DNA of 64,000 nt, taken from Kiritimatiellia bacterium (GTDB lineage Bacteria; Verrucomicrobiota; Kiritimatiellia; RFP12; UBA3636). The notes below the pieces were generated by a model that was given only the letters and a program-made list of their open reading frames with translations, searched no databases and had not been told where the DNA came from. This document shows positions 1 to 9,679 of this stretch, piece by piece (the first letter of the stretch is position 1; every line of letters starts with the position of its first letter). Where the stretch lies: positions 4,668 to 68,667 of the forward strand of contig JAFUOX010000022.1 in NCBI GenBank assembly GCA_017481725.1, read 5' to 3'. The position numbers and the translations under genes were made by a program.

Positions 1-438
1 CCTTTTACAATTCCTCACGATGTATCTGGCCCAGTTGCATACGTTATTGATGATGGCACTCACAAGCTAGGAATTGCTACAGATATGGGTGTTCCAACTG
101 AAACAGCACAACTATTTCTCAAGGATTGTGACGCTCTAGTGTTAGAATTTAATCACGATTTAGATATGCTTTTGGAGTCAGATCGTTGCTGGGATTTAAA
201 ATGTAGAGTAAAGGGCGATAGGGGACACCTTTCAAATGCCCAAGCTCAGCAGCTTCTTTCTTCAATAGCTACTGATAGGCTTAAATCTATTTTCCTTGCT
301 CATATAAGCTTTGATTGCAACACAATCCCTCTTGCTCATAATTCATGTAAGGAAACTCTAGCTAAGCTTGGTATGCATGAGAAGGTTAAAATATATAATC
401 CTCATGAGCATCTTTGTCATTTGATAGAATTGGATTAA
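1..438 (+). CDS. MBL-fold metallo-hydrolase, C-terminal part (5' end lies outside the window)
   Basis: Frame 1 is open from nt 1 (PFTIPHDVSGPVAYVIDDGTHKLGIATDMG...) to the stop at 436-438. DALVLEFNHD and GDRGHLSN resemble YycJ/PhnP-type MBL hydrolases. Confidence 0.55.
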   Translation, partial: PFTIPHDVSGPVAYVIDDGTHKLGIATDMGVPTETAQLFLKDCDALVLEFNHDLDMLLESDRCWDLKCRVKGDRGHLSNAQAQQLLSSIATDRLKSIFLAHISFDCNTIPLAHNSCKETLAKLGMHEKVKIYNPHEHLCHLIELD

Positions 439-443
439 TAGCA

Positions 444-1205
444 ATGGAAGAAGATAATTTACAGGCAAGAATTGATAATGTTTTTGCTCGCATAGATGCT
501 GCCTGTGCTAGAGTTGGGCGTGACCCATTGTCTGTGCAGCTTGTGGCAGTGTCTAAGACCTTTCCTCCAGAGGTTATAGATGAAGCCCGAGCTTGTGGAC
601 TTTCTCTTTTTGGAGAAAATCGCGTGCAGGAGGCTGTGGCAAAGTCTCAGCTTTGTGGCTCTGCAGAGTGGCATTTGATTGGTCCTCTACAGAGAAATAA
701 GATTAAGCATGCTTTACCTTTGTTTTCGTGCATCCATAGCTTAGATAATGTGAAGCTGATTGAGCAGCTTGCTCAGGCTTGTGAGGAAAGCGGTGCTCGC
801 CCAGATGTGCTTCTTGAGGTTAATGTTGCTGGAGAAGCATCAAAGCATGGCTTTAATCCAAAGACAGTCCGAGAGGGTGTTGAGGCTGCTATGGCTGGTG
901 GCTTGCGTCTTGTTGGTTTGATGACAGTTCCACCATGGACACCAGATCCGGAGGGCTCAAGAAAGTATTTTCGTCAGCTTCGTGAATTGCGTGATGTTTT
1001 GGAGCAAGAGTATTCAATTTCTCTTCCAGAGCTTTCAATGGGTATGTCAGGAGATTTTGAGGTTGCAATTGAGGAAGGTGCAACTTTTGTTCGTGTCGGG
1101 ACAGCATTATTTGGTGTACGCAAGGCAAAGAAATGGGCTCCTCAATCTACTGGCTTAACAACGGATGAGTTTTCTCGCTCTTTAGATACAGATGATTTTG
1201 TTTGA
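444..1205 (+). CDS. yggS: YggS-family pyridoxal-phosphate homeostasis protein
   Basis: Probable start is ATG 444 (MEEDNLQ); the ORF opens at 414. Hallmarks: AVSKTFP (PLP lysine), HLIGPLQRNK, SMGMSGDFEVAIEEGATFVRVGTALFG. An unusual ~25-aa acidic tail overlaps the next gene by 14 nt. Confidence 0.85.
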   Translation: MEEDNLQARIDNVFARIDAACARVGRDPLSVQLVAVSKTFPPEVIDEARACGLSLFGENRVQEAVAKSQLCGSAEWHLIGPLQRNKIKHALPLFSCIHSLDNVKLIEQLAQACEESGARPDVLLEVNVAGEASKHGFNPKTVREGVEAAMAGGLRLVGLMTVPPWTPDPEGSRKYFRQLRELRDVLEQEYSISLPELSMGMSGDFEVAIEEGATFVRVGTALFGVRKAKKWAPQSTGLTTDEFSRSLDTDDFV

Positions 1206-1992
1206 TACACATGCGCACTTTAATGTGCAGACACCAGCTCAAGAGCAGTTTGAGCGTGCAATAGCCTCAGGCTTTACTGGTATTCTTGCGATGGGCGGCT
1301 CTGCAGAGATGAATTCCTGTGCAATTAAGCTTGCCAAAGAGAATCCAGATTTTGTTTGTGTTTCTTTGGGGTTGGATAGGGATTTAGCGTTGGAGTATGC
1401 AGATTCTCCAACAGCAATTCCAGAATTGCGCGAGCTATTGCAGGCAACTGCTCAAAAGGTGCGTGTTGTTGCTGTCGGTGAGATTGGGCTTGATTATCGC
1501 GAGGATACAAGTGAGCTAGAAAAAGCAGCTCAGCGTAAGCTTTTTTCTCAGCAGCTTCAATTGGCTGCTGAGCTTAAGCTCCCAGTTTCTATTCATTGCC
1601 GAGGTGCTGCAGATGATGTGCTTTCTATTGTGGCAGAGTATGGTTCAAAAGAGCTTATGGCTGAAAATAGGCTTGGCGTTGTACATTGCTTTACTGAGGA
1701 TGTTGATTTTGCCACAAAAGCATACGGGATGGGCTTGTATTTTGGAATAAGTGGCATAGTCACATTTAGAAATGCAGATTTGTTAAGAAGCACTGTTTCA
1801 AAGCTTCCAATTGAACGGATTTTAATTGAAACAGATTGTCCATATCTTTCACCAGTTCCTATGCGTGGTAAACCTTGCGAGCCTGCATTTGCTCGTTACA
1901 CAGCTGAATGTGTTGCTGGCTTGCATGGTCTAGATATTGAAGCATTTGGAGAAATTTCAACTGCAAATGCTCGAAAGCTTTTTGCATTGTAG
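1192..1992 (+). CDS. TatD-family metal-dependent hydrolase
   Basis: TatD metal-ligand motifs are present: MILFDTHAH start, GEIGLDY, SIHCRGA, VVHCF, IETDCPYL. Confidence 0.85.
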   Translation: MILFDTHAHFNVQTPAQEQFERAIASGFTGILAMGGSAEMNSCAIKLAKENPDFVCVSLGLDRDLALEYADSPTAIPELRELLQATAQKVRVVAVGEIGLDYREDTSELEKAAQRKLFSQQLQLAAELKLPVSIHCRGAADDVLSIVAEYGSKELMAENRLGVVHCFTEDVDFATKAYGMGLYFGISGIVTFRNADLLRSTVSKLPIERILIETDCPYLSPVPMRGKPCEPAFARYTAECVAGLHGLDIEAFGEISTANARKLFAL

Positions 1993-2004
1993 TGGGGGCG
2001 AAAC

Positions 2005-2700
2005 ATGACGGCTATTCAAAAATTTTTCTATGGTGAACTTAAAGGCTGGCATTGGGCAGAGATTGTTTGGTTAGCTTTTAGTGTTCTTCTTTGCGTGATA
2101 TGTTCAGTTGTTGCAAAGGATTCACCAATAGCATTGGTTGCTGCGGTTACAGGCACTATATATACAATGCTTGCTGGTAAGGGTAAGCTTTCTTGTTACG
2201 CATTTGGCGTAATAAATGTGCTTTTATATGCATTTGTCTCATATAAGTCAATGCTATATGGTGAAGTGATACTGAATTTGTTATGGTATTTCCCAATGAT
2301 GTTTGTTGGGGCTTTTATGTGGAGCAAGAATTTATCAAACAATCAAATTATTAGGAAGGAGAGGCTTTCTGCTGGGGCAAGATTTGTAGCCACTTCTTTG
2401 CTATTTTGTGGCATGGTAGCATTTGCAAGATTTGTTTTGATTCCTATGGGTGACCCTCAGCCAATGATTGACTCATTTACAACAATAGCTCAGGTTGTTG
2501 CAATGGCTCTGACGGTAAGACGCTGTATTGAGCAATGGATATTGTGGTGCATTATCAATGGCGTTTCAATTTTTATGTGGGTTCGAGCTGCAATGAATAA
2601 TGGCCCAGATGTGATGATTGTTATGTGGAGCCTTTGGTTTGTTAATAGCATCATTTTTCTTGTACAATGGGTCAAGGCAACTAGACAACAAGCCAATTAA
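2005..2700 (+). CDS. pnuC: PnuC-family vitamin transporter (possibly thiamine-type PnuT)
   Basis: 231 aa, polytopic. The C-terminal EQWILWCIINGVSIFMW is typical of the PnuC family. It sits directly upstream of thiamine diphosphokinase. Confidence 0.75.
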   Translation: MTAIQKFFYGELKGWHWAEIVWLAFSVLLCVICSVVAKDSPIALVAAVTGTIYTMLAGKGKLSCYAFGVINVLLYAFVSYKSMLYGEVILNLLWYFPMMFVGAFMWSKNLSNNQIIRKERLSAGARFVATSLLFCGMVAFARFVLIPMGDPQPMIDSFTTIAQVVAMALTVRRCIEQWILWCIINGVSIFMWVRAAMNNGPDVMIVMWSLWFVNSIIFLVQWVKATRQQAN

Positions 2701-2706
2701 TATTGT

Positions 2707-3363
2707 GTGGTTAGATTTATGGATAGAATAAATTTTGATTATAAAAATAAGACTGTTATTGTTGCAGACGGAGATTTCCCATGCACAGAGCTTCCATTGA
2801 ATTGTTTGAAGGAAGCTGCTCACATTGTTGCGTGTGATGGTGCAGCTAATCAGCTTCTTGCACACGGAATTATGCCTGACTGGATTGTCGGTGATTTGGA
2901 TAGCCTTCCTTCTGTTATTAAAGAAAAGCTCCCAGAGCGAATTGTTCATATCAAAGAGCAGGAGAGTAATGACCTCTCAAAGGCATTCCGCTTTACCCAG
3001 GAAAAGGGCTGGAACGAGCTTATTATTCTAGGTGCAACAGGCAAGCGCGAGGATCATACACTAGGTAACCTTGCCCTTTTAAGTGAATTTGCTAATACCG
3101 CGAAATCTGTTTTTATGGTTACCGATTATGGCTGTTTTGTTGCAATTAGAGGAACAACTTGTTTCCCATCATATCCTGGAGAGCAAATATCAATTTTTGC
3201 CATTACCAGTGGTGTGAGAGTTTGTTCAACAGGACTTAAATATCCATTAAAAAATTTGCAGCTAAATTCTTGGTGGCAGGCTACTTTAAATGAAGCGTTA
3301 GGAGAAGAATTTATCCTTTCCTTCCCAGCAGGGGCTGAGCTATTAGTATTTCTAGCAAAGTAA
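2707..3363 (+). CDS. thiamine diphosphokinase
   Basis: VACDGAAN, IVGDLDS and ILGATGKREDHTLGNL match the TPK catalytic domain. The track start is GTG 2707; ATG 2719 is an alternative. Confidence 0.8.
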   Translation: MVRFMDRINFDYKNKTVIVADGDFPCTELPLNCLKEAAHIVACDGAANQLLAHGIMPDWIVGDLDSLPSVIKEKLPERIVHIKEQESNDLSKAFRFTQEKGWNELIILGATGKREDHTLGNLALLSEFANTAKSVFMVTDYGCFVAIRGTTCFPSYPGEQISIFAITSGVRVCSTGLKYPLKNLQLNSWWQATLNEALGEEFILSFPAGAELLVFLAK

Positions 3364-3377
3364 TAATAGGTGACTTT

Positions 3378-4319
3378 ATGAAATTAGTATGCTATTTACA
3401 GATTCCTTCTCTTGAGGACTTATGCTTGTCAGAGCAGATAGCAAATCAGTTTAGAGCTTTAAGACCAGATGTTGAGCTTGTAAATTGCGTGACTGAGGCA
3501 GAATTTGTTGAAAGCTTGCCTGATGCAGATGCTGTGTCTGTATGGGTATTTAAGCAGGAGTGGTTTGCATTAGCTCCTAAGCTGAAGCTCCTTTGCACTC
3601 CTGCTGCGGGGCGTGACTATTTTTCTGTTGTATCACCTGCTGGTGTTCAACTAAAATATGGAAGCTTCCATGGTCCAATTATGGCTGAAACTGTTCTTGG
3701 TATGGTGATTGGAATGAGTCATAGGCTATTGCAAAATGCGACAGCAATGCGAGTGTCTGAAAATGGCTATGAGGCAAAGTCTTGGCCACGCGATGCTTTT
3801 TCAGGTCAGGCAACACGTTGCTATGGTAAGCATGCAGTGATACTTGGCTTTGGCTCTATTGGAAGTGAGGTGGGTCGCATGCTCAAAGGCATCGGCTGCA
3901 GAATTACAGGTGTTAAGCGTAATATTGATGCAAAACCGTCGTGGTTTGATGAAGAGGATAGGCTTGTAACGCTTGATGCGCTTTCTCCATTACTACCAAG
4001 TGTAGATCATGTTATTTGTGTGCTTCCTTCAGATACAGGTGCTATTCATGTAATCAATAAGGAATTTTTAGAGCAGCTTCCTCCTACTGCATTTGTTTAT
4101 AATGTCGGCAGAGGCGTTAGTATTGATGAAGCAGCTCTTGCAGAAGCACTAAATGCAGGAAAAATAGCAGGAGCAGTACTAGATGTCTTTGAAAAAGAAC
4201 CCCTATCAGTAGATTCTCCATTGCGAGCAGCTAAAAATTGCTACCTTTATCCTCATGTTTCAGCGGTTTCTCCAGATTACCTATCACTATATTTTGCTGA
4301 TTTAGCAAAGGAGCTATAG
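3378..4319 (+). CDS. D-isomer-specific 2-hydroxyacid dehydrogenase family protein
   Basis: NAD loop GFGSIGSEVGRML, plus NVGRG, DVFEKEPL and PHVSA. Confidence 0.75.
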   Translation: MKLVCYLQIPSLEDLCLSEQIANQFRALRPDVELVNCVTEAEFVESLPDADAVSVWVFKQEWFALAPKLKLLCTPAAGRDYFSVVSPAGVQLKYGSFHGPIMAETVLGMVIGMSHRLLQNATAMRVSENGYEAKSWPRDAFSGQATRCYGKHAVILGFGSIGSEVGRMLKGIGCRITGVKRNIDAKPSWFDEEDRLVTLDALSPLLPSVDHVICVLPSDTGAIHVINKEFLEQLPPTAFVYNVGRGVSIDEAALAEALNAGKIAGAVLDVFEKEPLSVDSPLRAAKNCYLYPHVSAVSPDYLSLYFADLAKEL

Positions 4320-4322
4320 GAA

Positions 4323-5255
4323 ATGCAAAATATTAAACATAACATAAAGCTATCTCTTGTGGCGTTAAAAATATTTCTTCTTTCTGGCATGGCTATGGGA
4401 GGAGATAATTTTAAGTTTGTTGATAAAGCGGTGTGGGGTATCTTTAATGGCCCATTAGAGCTAAGTGGTATTTGTAATGTTTCATCCAATGAATATGCTT
4501 GTGTCTCGGATAGTGGTGGCAAGATTTATTCTTTTTTTATAGATGACACAAAACTGGATTCGCCAGATTATGTTCCGTTAGCGGAAAGCTTTAAATTGAT
4601 ACAAGAGGATGCTGGTTTTGATTTGGAGGGCTGTGTCTATGTAGATAATGCAATTTTTTCTATAGATGAGTCAAATTCTACAATAAAAGTACTATATCCT
4701 AGAGATGGGGCATTTGTTTCTGTCCCATTACATATTAGAAATTTTAAGCCGAATTGTGGTTTTGAGTCGTTGGCTTATTACCCAAGTAAAAAGCTTTTTG
4801 TTACTTGTACAGAGCAAGCAATGTATGGTGTGCCACCTCGACAAGTTAAGTTGATTTTCTTTACCATGGATATTAAAAAAAGAAAATGTAAAATAATGTA
4901 TGAAATCCCATATCTTATAGATGAATTTTATGGAATAAATGTTTATCGTAATGGTGTTTCTGATCTATATGTCTGGGATGAGACTACGTTACTTGTTGTT
5001 GAGCGGGCTACAGATTTGGATGGGCGCATTCCAAGCACAAGAATTCGTATATATGCAGTCAAATTGAACGATTTAGATAAGTCGTTTACCGACAATAGTT
5101 TGGAAAAACAATTAGTTTATGAATATGAATCAAAAATTGTGCCAGCAAATATTGAAGGAATTTGCCGTATCCCTAAAACAAATAAGCTTATTGCGGTTCA
5201 CGATTTACCTGGTTTATGTGTTGTTGGTCTTTTAGGTGTTGAAGCTACAGAGTAA
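4323..5255 (+). CDS. secreted phytase-like esterase family protein (weak assignment)
   Basis: Hydrophobic N-terminal signal-like segment. SDSGG, DLEG, GFESLA and NIEGI resemble the esterase-like-activity-of-phytase beta-propeller family. Confidence 0.45.
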   Translation: MQNIKHNIKLSLVALKIFLLSGMAMGGDNFKFVDKAVWGIFNGPLELSGICNVSSNEYACVSDSGGKIYSFFIDDTKLDSPDYVPLAESFKLIQEDAGFDLEGCVYVDNAIFSIDESNSTIKVLYPRDGAFVSVPLHIRNFKPNCGFESLAYYPSKKLFVTCTEQAMYGVPPRQVKLIFFTMDIKKRKCKIMYEIPYLIDEFYGINVYRNGVSDLYVWDETTLLVVERATDLDGRIPSTRIRIYAVKLNDLDKSFTDNSLEKQLVYEYESKIVPANIEGICRIPKTNKLIAVHDLPGLCVVGLLGVEATE

Positions 5256-5341
5256 AGGCATTTTTATAGTAATATTTTTGCTGCATAAAAGTAGTGTTTT
5301 ATCTTGTTATTGTTTATAGAAAAATGTAAAATATTGACATT

Positions 5342-5650
5342 ATGAATGATGATTTACAAATAGATTTAGATAAAGATTTTAATGAGCTTGCTGTTGCACT
5401 TTCAAAAATGTCAAGCCCAGCAGAAATCTCACAGTTTTTAAGCGAGATTTGTTCTCCTGCGGAATGTAGGTCAATTGCTTCTCGGTGGCAGTTGATGAAG
5501 TTGCTTGAGCAAGGAGAGACTCAGCGTGCTATTGCCAATAAGTTACACCTTAGTCTTTGCAAGATTACTCGTGGTGCAAAATATCTTAAGGATGAGAATT
5601 CTGTTCTCCGTAGGGAAGTACAAAAGGTTGCTTGTAAGAAGAAGAAGTAA
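5342..5650 (+). CDS. TrpR-related YerC/YecD-family DNA-binding protein
   Basis: 102 aa with HTH segment ETQRAIANKLHLSLCKITRGAKYL. Confidence 0.65.
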   Translation: MNDDLQIDLDKDFNELAVALSKMSSPAEISQFLSEICSPAECRSIASRWQLMKLLEQGETQRAIANKLHLSLCKITRGAKYLKDENSVLRREVQKVACKKKK

Positions 5651-5669
5651 CCACTAGGGGTTTTTATAA

Positions 5670-8600
5670 ATGAAAATTAAGTTTAATTTACAAGCCTTAA
5701 GACAAAAGCGTAGCCAAGCGTTTGGTTGGGTGAATGCAACACAATTTTTTGGTGCATTGAATGATAATATCTTTAAGGCGATGATAAAAATGTTTCTCAT
5801 TGCTATGCTTCCTAATTCTAGAGGAATAACATTAGCAATAGCAACTATCCTTTTCTCGATTCCTTATGTGTTTTTAACACCGTATGCCGGTTTTTTAGCA
5901 GACCGATTTAGTAAAAAGAAAATTACAGTTATTTTAAAGTATGCTGAGCTTCTAATAATGGTTTTGTCATGTATTGCATTTTTTATAGGCTCACGCTTTA
6001 TGCTCTTTACGTTGTTGTTTATGATGTCGGCTCAAAGTGCATTGTTTTCACCAACAAAATATGGAATATTGCCAGAACTAGTGTCTGAGGAAAAGCTTAC
6101 CCGTGCTAATGGGCTGCTTGTAATGATGTCTTTTATAGCAATAATTATAGGTACAGCTAGTGCACCAGCGTTGTCACTTGTTGCAAATAAATGGATTTCA
6201 AACCCACAATATGCTTATGGTTTAGCATCTATTGTTTGTGTTGTTATTGCTATTGCAGGAATACTTACTTCGCACCAAGTGTGGAAGACGCGCCCTGCAA
6301 ATCCAACGGTTACAAATGATCATTTTTTCTTGCGTAAACTTTGGAAAACCTTTAAATGGGTTAGAAAAGATAAAAACCTCTTGATTGCAATATTTGCAAC
6401 TGGTTTCTTCTCAATGCTAGCTGGGTTTATGCAAATCAATCTTATCCATTATGGAATGCATTGCTTGGAGCTTGATGAAAAGCAGAGTAGCTTTATGTTC
6501 TTTTTTGCTGCAGTTGGAATCGCATTCGGTGCATACTATGCTGGAAGATTATCAAAGCGTAATATTGAATTTGCTCTTATCCCAATAGGATCATTTTTGA
6601 TTTTAGTATCTCTATTGATAATTGGATTTATTACAAGCCCCAATTATTTGATTCTCGTTAGCATCTTGGTCTTTGTTGCTGGCTTAGGTGCTGGTTTCTT
6701 TATTGTGCCATTAGATACTTTTATTCAAATTACTTTGCCTTTGGAAAAACGTGGAGAGGGACTTGCTCTTAATTCATTTATTAGCTGGGTTGGCATATCT
6801 CTAGCTGGTCTTTTTATGTTTATATTTGATAAAATTTCCCTTCCTCCAAATGGTGGTTTCTTATTCTTTGTAATTCCAGCAGGTATTCTTTTTATTTTCG
6901 GTCAGCATTTTCTTAAGGATTTCTTTTTTAGATTTTGTGTTAATCTAATAGTGCGTTTGATTTATAAGGTTCGCACAATTGGTATAGAGAATGTGCCTAT
7001 TAATGGTCCTGCTGTGTTAATCGTTAACCACGCTTCATATATGGATTCCTTGCTGTTGTGTGCAACAACACGTAGAAGAATTCGCTTCCTTATGTCTCGA
7101 GATATTTATGAGCGTTGGCGTTGGTGTCGCCCATTTTTTAAGATGTATGGTGTTATTCCTGTTGATAATCGTTCATCACCACGTCAGGCTGCTATGGCAA
7201 TCCGAGAAGCTCGCAAGGCTCTTGATGATGGCTATATGGTATGTATCTTTGCTGAGGGTGGCATTACACGTACTGGTACAATAAGAGCATTTAAGAGTGG
7301 CTTTGCACGAATTTTACGCGGAACAGATTATCCTATTATTCCAATATATCTTGGTGGTTCATGGGGTACGATTTATCATTACTATCAAGGGCAGCTCGTT
7401 CGCAAGTGGTTTCGTTTGAGCCTAATGCGTTATCGCGTTACAGTTATGTTTGGCAAGCAATTACCTGCAACGACAGATGCATTCCATGTGCGCCGTGCGG
7501 TTATGGAGCTTTCCTGTGATTACTTTAATTCTCGTAAGGATGAACATAAATCATTGGGAAAGAGTTTTATTTCAGAAGCCCGCAGCAGCTGGTTTGCTCC
7601 TGCAGCAGATGATACTCTTGGCATGAAGGTTACCTATGGCAAGGCTCTTATTGCATCAGTTGCTCTTGCTAGGGCAATTTCTCCGAGAGTTCAGGATGAT
7701 AAGCATATTGGAATTTTGTTGCCAACAAGCTGTGCTGGTATGATTGCAAATATCTCAGCAGCACTACTTGGAAGAAGTGCTGTTAATTTGAACTTTACCA
7801 CCTCTAAGCAAGCTTTTGCTCATTCAATAGAGCAGTGTGGTATGCATGTGATTATCACAAGCCGCAAATTTGTTGAGCGCTTCCCTCAATACGAGATAAG
7901 TGAAGAGAAGCTTGTGTTTATAGAAGATGTTTTAAAGAATCTTACCACAAAAACAAAGCTTTCATGTGCCTTTGCAGCTGCGTTCTTGCCATTGAACATG
8001 ATGGTTCCAGCAACAGCAAAAACAGAAGCAGATGATGTGGCTATGATTCTATTCTCCTCTGGTTCCACAGGTGAACCTAAGGGTGTTATGCTTAGCCACC
8101 ACAATGTTCTCTCTATGATTGAGAGTCTTCGTATGATGCTTGCAACAACGCCTGATGACCACATTTGTGGTACATTGCCATTATTCCATTCCTTTGGTAT
8201 TATGGGTTGCATTTGGTATCCATTGCTAAAGCATGTACGTGTAACAATGCATCCAAATCCACTTGATGCTCAGGCTGTGGTTGACATTGTTCGTAATCAG
8301 AAATCAACGATGATTTTCGGTACTCCAACCTTTTTGTCTATTTATGCACGCAAAGCAACTCGTGAGGATTTCAAAACACTTCGCTTTATTCTTGCTGGTG
8401 CAGAGAAGCTTAAAGAGTCTCTCGTTAAACTGTATGAGGAAAGGTATGGTGTTCGCCCGTATGAGGCTTATGGAGCAACAGAGCTTTCTCCAGGCATCGC
8501 TGTGAGTGTTCCTCATGGCACTGGTGGTGGCATTGTTCAAGAAGGATGGAAAACTGGTCGTGTCGGACTTCCTTGCCCAGGTATTGCAATGAAGGTGCTT

Positions 8601-9119
8601 GATCCAGATACAGGAGAGGAAATGGCACCAGGTGAGCCTGGCCTTCTATATCTAAAGGGGCCTAATGTAATGCTCGGATATCTACAGCGTGAGGACTTAA
8701 CTTCAGAAGTTCTTAAGGATGGTTGGTATTGCACAGGTGATATTGCATTTATTGATGATGATGGTTTTGTTGGATTGACAGATCGATTGTCCCGTTTCTC
8801 TAAGATAGGTGGAGAAATGGTTCCTCATGTGGGGGTAGAGGAGGCGTTATTGAATGCAACAGGGCTTACTGGTCAAGTCTTAGCCGTTACAGGTGTGCCA
8901 GATGAAAGAAAAGGAGAAAAGCTTGTTGTGCTTTATACTGCTGAATGCGGTGATCCTCAATGGCTTTATGAAGCACTAGAAGGTTCTGGAATACCAAACC
9001 TTTGGAAGCCTGCTAAATCAGAATATTATTTAGTTGAAGCAATTCCATTATTAGGCTCTGGTAAGGTTGATTTGTCTGGAATTAAGAAGCTTGCTCTTTC
9101 TGTAATTAATAAAAAATAA
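5670..9119 (+). CDS. aas: triple fusion: MFS lysophospholipid transporter (LplT-like) + PlsC-type acyltransferase + acyl-ACP synthetase (Aas-like)
   Basis: Single 1149-aa ORF. The first ~420 aa are a 12-TM MFS domain. These are followed by acyltransferase motifs NHASYMD (HX4D) and FAEGGITRTG, then adenylate-forming motifs SSGSTGEPKGV, YGATE and TGD. Confidence 0.8.
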   Translation: MKIKFNLQALRQKRSQAFGWVNATQFFGALNDNIFKAMIKMFLIAMLPNSRGITLAIATILFSIPYVFLTPYAGFLADRFSKKKITVILKYAELLIMVLSCIAFFIGSRFMLFTLLFMMSAQSALFSPTKYGILPELVSEEKLTRANGLLVMMSFIAIIIGTASAPALSLVANKWISNPQYAYGLASIVCVVIAIAGILTSHQVWKTRPANPTVTNDHFFLRKLWKTFKWVRKDKNLLIAIFATGFFSMLAGFMQINLIHYGMHCLELDEKQSSFMFFFAAVGIAFGAYYAGRLSKRNIEFALIPIGSFLILVSLLIIGFITSPNYLILVSILVFVAGLGAGFFIVPLDTFIQITLPLEKRGEGLALNSFISWVGISLAGLFMFIFDKISLPPNGGFLFFVIPAGILFIFGQHFLKDFFFRFCVNLIVRLIYKVRTIGIENVPINGPAVLIVNHASYMDSLLLCATTRRRIRFLMSRDIYERWRWCRPFFKMYGVIPVDNRSSPRQAAMAIREARKALDDGYMVCIFAEGGITRTGTIRAFKSGFARILRGTDYPIIPIYLGGSWGTIYHYYQGQLVRKWFRLSLMRYRVTVMFGKQLPATTDAFHVRRAVMELSCDYFNSRKDEHKSLGKSFISEARSSWFAPAADDTLGMKVTYGKALIASVALARAISPRVQDDKHIGILLPTSCAGMIANISAALLGRSAVNLNFTTSKQAFAHSIEQCGMHVIITSRKFVERFPQYEISEEKLVFIEDVLKNLTTKTKLSCAFAAAFLPLNMMVPATAKTEADDVAMILFSSGSTGEPKGVMLSHHNVLSMIESLRMMLATTPDDHICGTLPLFHSFGIMGCIWYPLLKHVRVTMHPNPLDAQAVVDIVRNQKSTMIFGTPTFLSIYARKATREDFKTLRFILAGAEKLKESLVKLYEERYGVRPYEAYGATELSPGIAVSVPHGTGGGIVQEGWKTGRVGLPCPGIAMKVLDPDTGEEMAPGEPGLLYLKGPNVMLGYLQREDLTSEVLKDGWYCTGDIAFIDDDGFVGLTDRLSRFSKIGGEMVPHVGVEEALLNATGLTGQVLAVTGVPDERKGEKLVVLYTAECGDPQWLYEALEGSGIPNLWKPAKSEYYLVEAIPLLGSGKVDLSGIKKLALSVINKK

Positions 9120-9130
9120 ACGGAGAAAAA

Positions 9131-9661
9131 ATGAAAAAAAATACATTGGCTATTTCTTTATTGGCTCTATTATCTATTGTCTTTGTTGGTTGTAAAACAA
9201 CTGATACAGTGGAAAAGAAAAAAGATACAAAACATAATTTGACTCATATAGAAACAAAGAACAGATATATGTTGTCTTCAGAGCTTCCAAAAGAAGGAAA
9301 TATTTATGTAGCAGTTGTTAATATTGTTTTACCATCGGCAAATAGTTCAACAGTTGCTGCTGAGTTAACATTTGGTAGCTTTAAGCCAAGGGAGAATGGC
9401 AAGGTTTATATTCAGTCTGATGCAAAGACAGTTCGCTATCAGTCAATGACTGAGCTTGTGAATGCAATTTCAATTCGCTCTATGGATCCGCCAATTGGTA
9501 TTTTTATGCTGGTTGATGGAGTCGCTTTAGGCACAGATGCAGCTCCTGATGCAGATGTCGATGTAATGACATTTACTCGTGAACTAGATTCATTGCTAGC
9601 AGATGAAAATATTCAACAAGTTTATTTGATACCAGATTCTTTTTCTATTTCTTATAAATAA
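9131..9661 (+). CDS. lipoprotein, function unknown
   Basis: Signal peptide with lipobox LSIVFVGC; no recognisable domain. Confidence 0.5.
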   Translation: MKKNTLAISLLALLSIVFVGCKTTDTVEKKKDTKHNLTHIETKNRYMLSSELPKEGNIYVAVVNIVLPSANSSTVAAELTFGSFKPRENGKVYIQSDAKTVRYQSMTELVNAISIRSMDPPIGIFMLVDGVALGTDAAPDADVDVMTFTRELDSLLADENIQQVYLIPDSFSISYK

Positions 9662-9679
9662 CAATACGAGGAAACAATT

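Noticed and set aside
1993-2004. TPP riboswitch upstream of the pnuC/TPK pair
   Set aside because: Only 12 nt separate it from the upstream gene, and no THI-box-like sequence is seen nearby.
2566-2949. Long antisense or alternative-frame ORFs inside confident genes (for example 2566-2949 minus, 17810-18232 minus, 36705-37142 minus, 46246-46740 plus, 7886-8212 minus)
   Set aside because: They are shadow ORFs opposite well-supported coding frames, have no family motifs, and have composition typical of antisense translation.
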